A DNA stretch of 64,000 nucleotides from the NCBI GenBank assembly GCA_025061115.1, contig JANZKC010000002.1:467092-531091 (forward strand), written 5' to 3'. The stretch comes from Candidatus Culexmicrobium cathedralense (GTDB lineage Archaea; Thermoproteota; Methanomethylicia; Culexarchaeales; Culexmicrobiaceae). The notes beneath the pieces were generated by a model, which ran no database searches, had not been told where the DNA came from, and worked only from the letters and a program-made list of their open reading frames with translations. A program made the translations under genes and the position numbers. Shown here piece after piece: positions 59,716-64,000 of this stretch (position 1 is its first letter; the number at the start of each line of letters is the position of its first letter).

Positions 59716-60213
59716 TTATGGCGGAGGAGGAAATAGGTAGCTGGAAGGTATACCTCGAAATGGAACAATTTTAACTTCATAAATTGATGCATTAATATCA
59801 GTACTTGGGTAAGCTTTTATAATTGCAGTTTCACCAATTTCCCATATTCCATCTCCATCAACAGTAGTTAAACTAAAGCTCCCACTGCCAATAGTTGCAT
59901 CACTACTATATGTGCAAAGTATTACCCGCCCATACTCTCCTACGTAGACATCTATAGTTGAAAAGTCAGTGATGGGCATTAAACCAGTATTTTTTGCATA
60001 GATTATGAAGTATTTCGGAGTTACTGTTTCATTTATAGTAGCATATCCTATACTGATACGTATATTTAGGTCTCGCTTAGCATAATCCATGGTCTGAAGA
60101 ATGTTGCTCTGCAAAGATATGCCTGTATATATAGCCTGAGCTGAAACTCCACTTGCTAAAACCACTGATGCAATCAACAGTATTATTTCAGTTATCGTTG
60201 TTGAGAACCCCAC
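59716..60213 (-). CDS. arlG: Archaellum stator protein ArlG (FlaG)
   Basis: TEIILLIASVVLASGV TM, YAKNTG, IDVYVG, WEIGET. Confidence 0.85.
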   Translation of the reverse strand: MGFSTTITEIILLIASVVLASGVSAQAIYTGISLQSNILQTMDYAKRDLNIRISIGYATINETVTPKYFIIYAKNTGLMPITDFSTIDVYVGEYGRVILCTYSSDATIGSGSFSLTTVDGDGIWEIGETAIIKAYPSTDINASIYEVKIVPFRGIPSSYLFPPPP

Positions 60214-60946
60214 CTCGCCTCACCGCCCTCCTTAGCCTATTTCTTTTAAGAATTTTAATTACCAGCTCGTAGATTTTTTCGAACCCAACGTTAACTCCGA
60301 AAATTTCAGCAGCCAAGTACATAGCTAGTGTGATATCGTCCTCTGAAAGACCCTTAGATTTAGCATTTGCGGTAGCATCAATCATATTGGAAATGGGAAC
60401 GGTAGAACCCTTGGGGAAAATACCGAAGAATTCACAGTACTGACAGATTCTTTTTAAGCTTTCCTTATCAAAACCTAGATCAAACATCGTGTAAATCCAT
60501 TTCATTAAAGAATGGCAATGTTTGAAACTTGGAGACCACATCTCTAAATCAACTCCTGCAGCTTGCTCCTTAATTTGTTTTAAAGTTTCTTCAACCTTTT
60601 TTTCAGGTATTTGAGGGGGTTGATGTAGATTAGTAGCCTCCTTTTCTTTTTCTCTTTCAACCTTTTTCTCTTTTACAACTTGCATCCTTTCAATTATGGG
60701 TTGAACTCTGTCTAATCTTTCAAGGTCTTTTTCACTCATTATAACTCTTAGCAAGTTGAAGGGATTTTCAATTTCACTAACAGCTGCCCTAATGTCAACA
60801 ACAGCCTTTTTTAAATCCTCAACAGTTCGTTTTATCTCCTCTGTTGAATTTTGAACATCAGCTTTAAGCCTGTCAATTTCTTTTTCTAATTTGTCAACTC
60901 TACTCTCACTTTCCATTGATTCATAGTTACCATATTCTTCACTCAT
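60188..60946 (-). CDS. ArlC/ArlD-E-like (FlaCE-type) soluble archaellum accessory protein
   Basis: N-terminal coiled coil ending VSEIENPF (ArlC-like); C-terminal LMKWIYTM...LKRICQY..FGIF (ArlD/E-like); no TM; lies between arlB and arlG. Confidence 0.6.
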   Translation of the reverse strand: MSEEYGNYESMESESRVDKLEKEIDRLKADVQNSTEEIKRTVEDLKKAVVDIRAAVSEIENPFNLLRVIMSEKDLERLDRVQPIIERMQVVKEKKVEREKEKEATNLHQPPQIPEKKVEETLKQIKEQAAGVDLEMWSPSFKHCHSLMKWIYTMFDLGFDKESLKRICQYCEFFGIFPKGSTVPISNMIDATANAKSKGLSEDDITLAMYLAAEIFGVNVGFEKIYELVIKILKRNRLRRAVRRGGVLNNDN

Positions 60947-61017
60947 TTTAGATCACTGAAGCTAAATATTAAAGATAATTATAAAAGAGATTATGAATTT
61001 AAGGCATGGACAATAAC

Positions 61018-61050
61018 CATGAAATATTATATGGCTCATGAAATAATATA
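61018..61050. promoter_or_regulatory. Direct repeat CATGAAATAWTATA x2 upstream of the arlCE-GFHIJ promoter
   Basis: Copies at 61018-61031 and 61037-61050; minus-strand TATA-like TTTTATAATT at 60977-60986. Confidence 0.4.
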
Positions 61051-61223
61051 GTCTTGAAAGTTAAAATCATAATTTCTAAGTTAATTCATAGACAGTATCA
61101 CTAACCATAACTGGAAAATAGGCATGTAGAAGTTTAATTTACATGGATAAAAGAGAGGTTGTAGCAAATATAAAGATTCTGACTGAAGAAGAGAAGCTGT
61201 TTCTAATTGAGTTCCTTCAGAGT

Positions 61224-61502
61224 TCATGTTGGAGAGAGCATCATTGGACTTCTTCGAGCTAGAGCCTTTGCTATTTTTTCTAATATCACTAACACCTCTG
61301 ATCCTTTCTGTGTTAATACATATTCCCTCTGGTTGTTTCTTTCTATAGCTTTTACGAATCCTCTTTCTTCTAAGAAACTTAAGTGTTTAACAGTATCTTT
61401 CCAAGAAAGATTTGCTTGATTTCCAATGCGGGTTAATCTACTATGCTTAGAAACAGCTTTTAGAAGATCAAGATAGATTTCCAGTTTAGAGCGTTTGTTC
61501 AT
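61224..61502 (-). CDS. Small winged-helix regulator (RSKLEI / HTH_45-like family), paralog 2
   Basis: RSKLEIYLDLL...ANLSW...YVLTQKG; clearly similar to 45323-45640. Confidence 0.85.
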   Translation of the reverse strand: MNKRSKLEIYLDLLKAVSKHSRLTRIGNQANLSWKDTVKHLSFLEERGFVKAIERNNQREYVLTQKGSEVLVILEKIAKALARRSPMMLSPT

Positions 61503-61719
61503 TTTCTCACCTCAATTCTAAGATTAGTTAATAAGTTTATACTATAAGTGAATTATGAACAAAAATAATGATTGTTTGTACGGGGGATATGGACCGTTCC
61601 ATTGATTTATAAAATATTCAATAAATAAATTATTAACCTTGAAAATACTTAAACGAAAAGATGACCTCTATATTAGAAACACTATAGAAATCCAAGGTAT
61701 AAAATAAGAAATCAGGGAA

Positions 61720-62376
61720 TTATCCAAGGTCAATATAATCGTTCTGGGGCAGTCCTCCCGGAACATTTAAAATAATGGTTAGGGCAGTTCCTTCTCCAGG
61801 TTTAATGTCAATCTTGACTTTATCATATTCTTGTAAGCTAAAGGCGCCCAAGTTAATTATAAAAAAGGCTTTCTCAAAATTTTCTAAGATGCTATCGTCA
61901 TCATCGTTATATATTATGCAGTAGGCTGCAGGCTCATGCGAATCGTTGAAAATTCTTGAAATTATTTCGTCTAAGTTCTTAGGGTCTTCTTCAAGGCCTA
62001 CGCTAGTTTCATTTGCCACACCATTATATATATTCAACAAGGTTACATTCCCGCCAAAAACCGAAACTATAGTGGTATTCTGGTTCAAATCTACTTCAGA
62101 TCTCGCCACAGAAATCTTAACTGGAATGACAAGAATAGTTAAGCGATGCATGTTATTTGTTTTACCAATGACATGTCCGTCTAGTTGAAGAGCACTTGAA
62201 GCTTCTGATAAGCCACGGTTAATAGTTTCCTTTGCCTTCTGCGATGAATAGAAGCCCATATTTATTACTACACTTGCTAGTGCTGCTGCTATTACAACGA
62301 AGGCAATCAGCACTATGGCAGCCTCAATACCAACTATACCCAACCTACTCCTCAACCAGACTTTTAGCCATTTCAT
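61720..62376 (-). CDS. arlB: Archaellin ArlB (type 1, copy b)
   Basis: Class III signal peptide G|IVGIEAAIVLIAFVVIAA; LENFEKA; GGLP...IDLG. Confidence 0.93.
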   Translation of the reverse strand: MKWLKVWLRSRLGIVGIEAAIVLIAFVVIAAALASVVINMGFYSSQKAKETINRGLSEASSALQLDGHVIGKTNNMHRLTILVIPVKISVARSEVDLNQNTTIVSVFGGNVTLLNIYNGVANETSVGLEEDPKNLDEIISRIFNDSHEPAAYCIIYNDDDDSILENFEKAFFIINLGAFSLQEYDKVKIDIKPGEGTALTIILNVPGGLPQNDYIDLG

Positions 62377-62379
62377 TTT

Positions 62380-63096
62380 TTATCCCGCTACAACATATGA
62401 ATTTTCAGGCAATGCTTCGGGAACTGTAAACTCTAAAGTTAAAGGTGCACTTTTCTCAGGTCGGACTTCAACAACAACGCTTTCTCTTGACAATGCTTCA
62501 TCATCTGGGCTTAAAATTATTATGAGAAAGCCTTTCTCATAATGTTGTAGAGCATTGTCACCATTACTGTTTTCAATAACTAAGACTGCGCCAGTGATGT
62601 ATGTCCCTGTGTCATTGCTATAAAGTTGCCCCCACCAGCTTGACGGTTCACTTGGAGAACCCTTAGTTAAATTAGCTATTATGGTGTCATAGAGAGAATC
62701 TGAAGGGTCAATTTGCGTCCTTGTTCCATTATAAACACCAATACCTTGATAAATATTAGCCCAAGCTTTAGTTCCAATCATCAGAGAGACAACAGTTTCA
62801 TTTTTCCACATGGAAACCCATTTTGTCCCCATAGTCTTTAGAGGAATTATAAATGCTTTTGCCTTTCCAGTTTCATTACTTGCCTTCACAAGTATTGAGC
62901 CGTCTACCATTAAAGGACAACCAGCTTCTCGAATACCTTGCTGAATTACATCTCTGCCTCTTTGTGTTGCAAAGAGACCCATGTTAACTACCATAAAGCT
63001 GAAAGCCGCAGCTACAATGACGAAAGCTATTAAGACGATTGCGGCTTCTAGACCTATCATTGCCTTTTTACACTTGATAGGATACCCTCCCTTCAT
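62380..63096 (-). CDS. arlB: Archaellin ArlB (type 2)
   Basis: KKA|MIGLEAAIVLIAFVIVAAAFSFMVVNMG. Confidence 0.93.
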   Translation of the reverse strand: MKGGYPIKCKKAMIGLEAAIVLIAFVIVAAAFSFMVVNMGLFATQRGRDVIQQGIREAGCPLMVDGSILVKASNETGKAKAFIIPLKTMGTKWVSMWKNETVVSLMIGTKAWANIYQGIGVYNGTRTQIDPSDSLYDTIIANLTKGSPSEPSSWWGQLYSNDTGTYITGAVLVIENSNGDNALQHYEKGFLIIILSPDDEALSRESVVVEVRPEKSAPLTLEFTVPEALPENSYVVAG

Positions 63097-63195
63097 TTCA
63101 TCTCATCATATAATGAAGTGTTAAATATTTTAATCCTTATGAAGAAACGAAATATTTTTGGAAAATTATCATTTAAATAGCGTTTCTAGAAACAT

Positions 63196-63216
63196 AAAAA
63201 ATAAAAAGAGGAGAAA
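63196..63216 (-). terminator. Oligo-T terminator after the archaellin at 63224-63940
   Basis: Minus strand carries T-rich tracts (TTTCTCCTCTTTTTATTTTTT) just after the stop codon. Confidence 0.5.
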
Positions 63217-63223
63217 CTAACAG

Positions 63224-63940
63224 CTACCCTAGGTCGATCGCTTCACCCACTGGTAAACCGCCTGGAATCAGCCTCTCAACGACCAGCGCAGCACCCTGCC
63301 CAGTCTTAATCTCCACCTTTACTTTGTTGTATTCAGGTATCCAGAATCCTTCATCACCCAAGTTTATGACGACGTAAGCTTTTTCAAAGTTCTCTAAGAC
63401 TGCATCACCATCATCATTGTATATTATGATATAAGCAGCGCTTACGTTCCATCCTAACGCATTGTCATCATTGACAAATAACTGATAAACTATTTGAGTC
63501 ATGTTTGATGGATCCTCTGGCAGGCTAAAGTTAATCCCAGCACCACTAGCTTGACCGCCTGAACCAGTTTCATTGACTACTCCCTTGTAAATGTTTAACA
63601 GGTTACTTCCCCACACTGAGATAACTGTCGTAGTGTTGGCGAGATCCAAGCTCGACCTTCCAATGGAAAGCTTAACTGGAATTAGAAGATACTGAATACA
63701 TGTTCCCCGAGTACTTGATCTATTGGTATAGGCGATAACAGAGCCATCCAACTGTAAAGCTGATGTAGCTTCTGTTATACCACGGCTTATTGTACTCTTT
63801 GCTTCTTGTGATGAATAGAAGCCCATATTTACTACTACGTATGCTAGTGCTGCTGCTATTACAACGAAGGCAATCAGCACTATGGCAGCCTCAATACCAA
63901 CTATACCCAACCTACTCCTCAACCGAACTCTTTTCTCCAT
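63224..63940 (-). CDS. arlB: Archaellin ArlB (type 1, copy a)
   Basis: RLG|IVGIEAAIVLIAFVVIAAALAYVVVNMG; many N-x-S/T sequons. Confidence 0.93.
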   Translation of the reverse strand: MEKRVRLRSRLGIVGIEAAIVLIAFVVIAAALAYVVVNMGFYSSQEAKSTISRGITEATSALQLDGSVIAYTNRSSTRGTCIQYLLIPVKLSIGRSSLDLANTTTVISVWGSNLLNIYKGVVNETGSGGQASGAGINFSLPEDPSNMTQIVYQLFVNDDNALGWNVSAAYIIIYNDDGDAVLENFEKAYVVINLGDEGFWIPEYNKVKVEIKTGQGAALVVERLIPGGLPVGEAIDLG

Positions 63941-63951
63941 GTCTAGTCACC

Positions 63952-64000
63952 TTAACCTCCTATCGTTACGAAGCCTTCTTGTAACTCAGATGGAACCACG
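63952..64000 (-). CDS. 3' end of a probable fourth archaellin (VVPSELQEGFVTIGG*), truncated by the window edge
   Basis: Open frame ending 11 nt before the next arlB; C-terminus resembles TVPEALPENSYVVAG of the type 2 archaellin. Confidence 0.55.
   Translation of the reverse strand, partial: VVPSELQEGFVTIGG

Larger units (their letters stand above)
43756..64000. mobile_element. Putative horizontally acquired motility/chemotaxis island starting at the 3' end of tRNA-Ser(TGA)
   Basis: Abrupt drop in GC after ~44.65 kb, pseudogene at the junction, self-contained che+arl content. No integrase or attR seen in the window. Confidence 0.5.

Noticed and set aside
1-64000. CRISPR arrays, rRNA genes, transposases, integrases, selenocysteine recoding
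   Set aside because: No regularly spaced repeats, rRNA-like tracts or recombinase motifs were seen, and MvhA/MvhD use Cys codons at the relevant sites.

Overview
Archaeal genomic window, most likely Thermoproteota/TACK (inference: archaeal ribosomal, RNAP and SRP genes, BHB-intron tRNAs including a D-arm intron). It has three compositional blocks, judged by eye. (1) About 1-7.5 kb is an AT-rich, partly decayed accessory island: the 3' part of a DUF1998+PLD (probably helicase-fused) defence-type gene, a frameshifted T2SS-F/TadC chimera, an RHH-type regulator and gene remnants, followed by an S9 peptidase. (2) About 9.6-43.8 kb is a higher-GC core rich in translation and RNA-processing genes: tRNA-Ser(GCT), SRP RNA, TtuA, TrmJ, RsmA, Rpo4, eL21, Pus10, TrmY-like, SRP54, GatABC, Dph6, aIF5A, Nob1, NSUN6-like, tRNA-Leu(GAG), uL3/4/23/2, a box C/D sRNA, RtcB, archease and tRNA-Ser(TGA). 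It also holds a korA-korB-korC-mvhD-mvhG-mvhA operon with no adjacent Hdr or ferredoxin gene. (3) From just after tRNA-Ser(TGA) to the window end is an AT-rich motility island: cheA/B/W/R/Y/D/C, one sensor-less chemoreceptor, arlCE-like/G/F/H/I/J, at least four archaellins, three regulators and a MotE/MgtE_N-like-CARDB protein. No cheF adaptor is visible in the window. Best leads: a possibly CheF-independent chemotaxis-archaellum link with its own regulators, the Kor-Mvh operon, the DUF1998-PLD fusion, and an orphan Dnmt2-like C5 methyltransferase paired with a SPOUT-fold protein. All family assignments are by motif recognition only; no searches were run.
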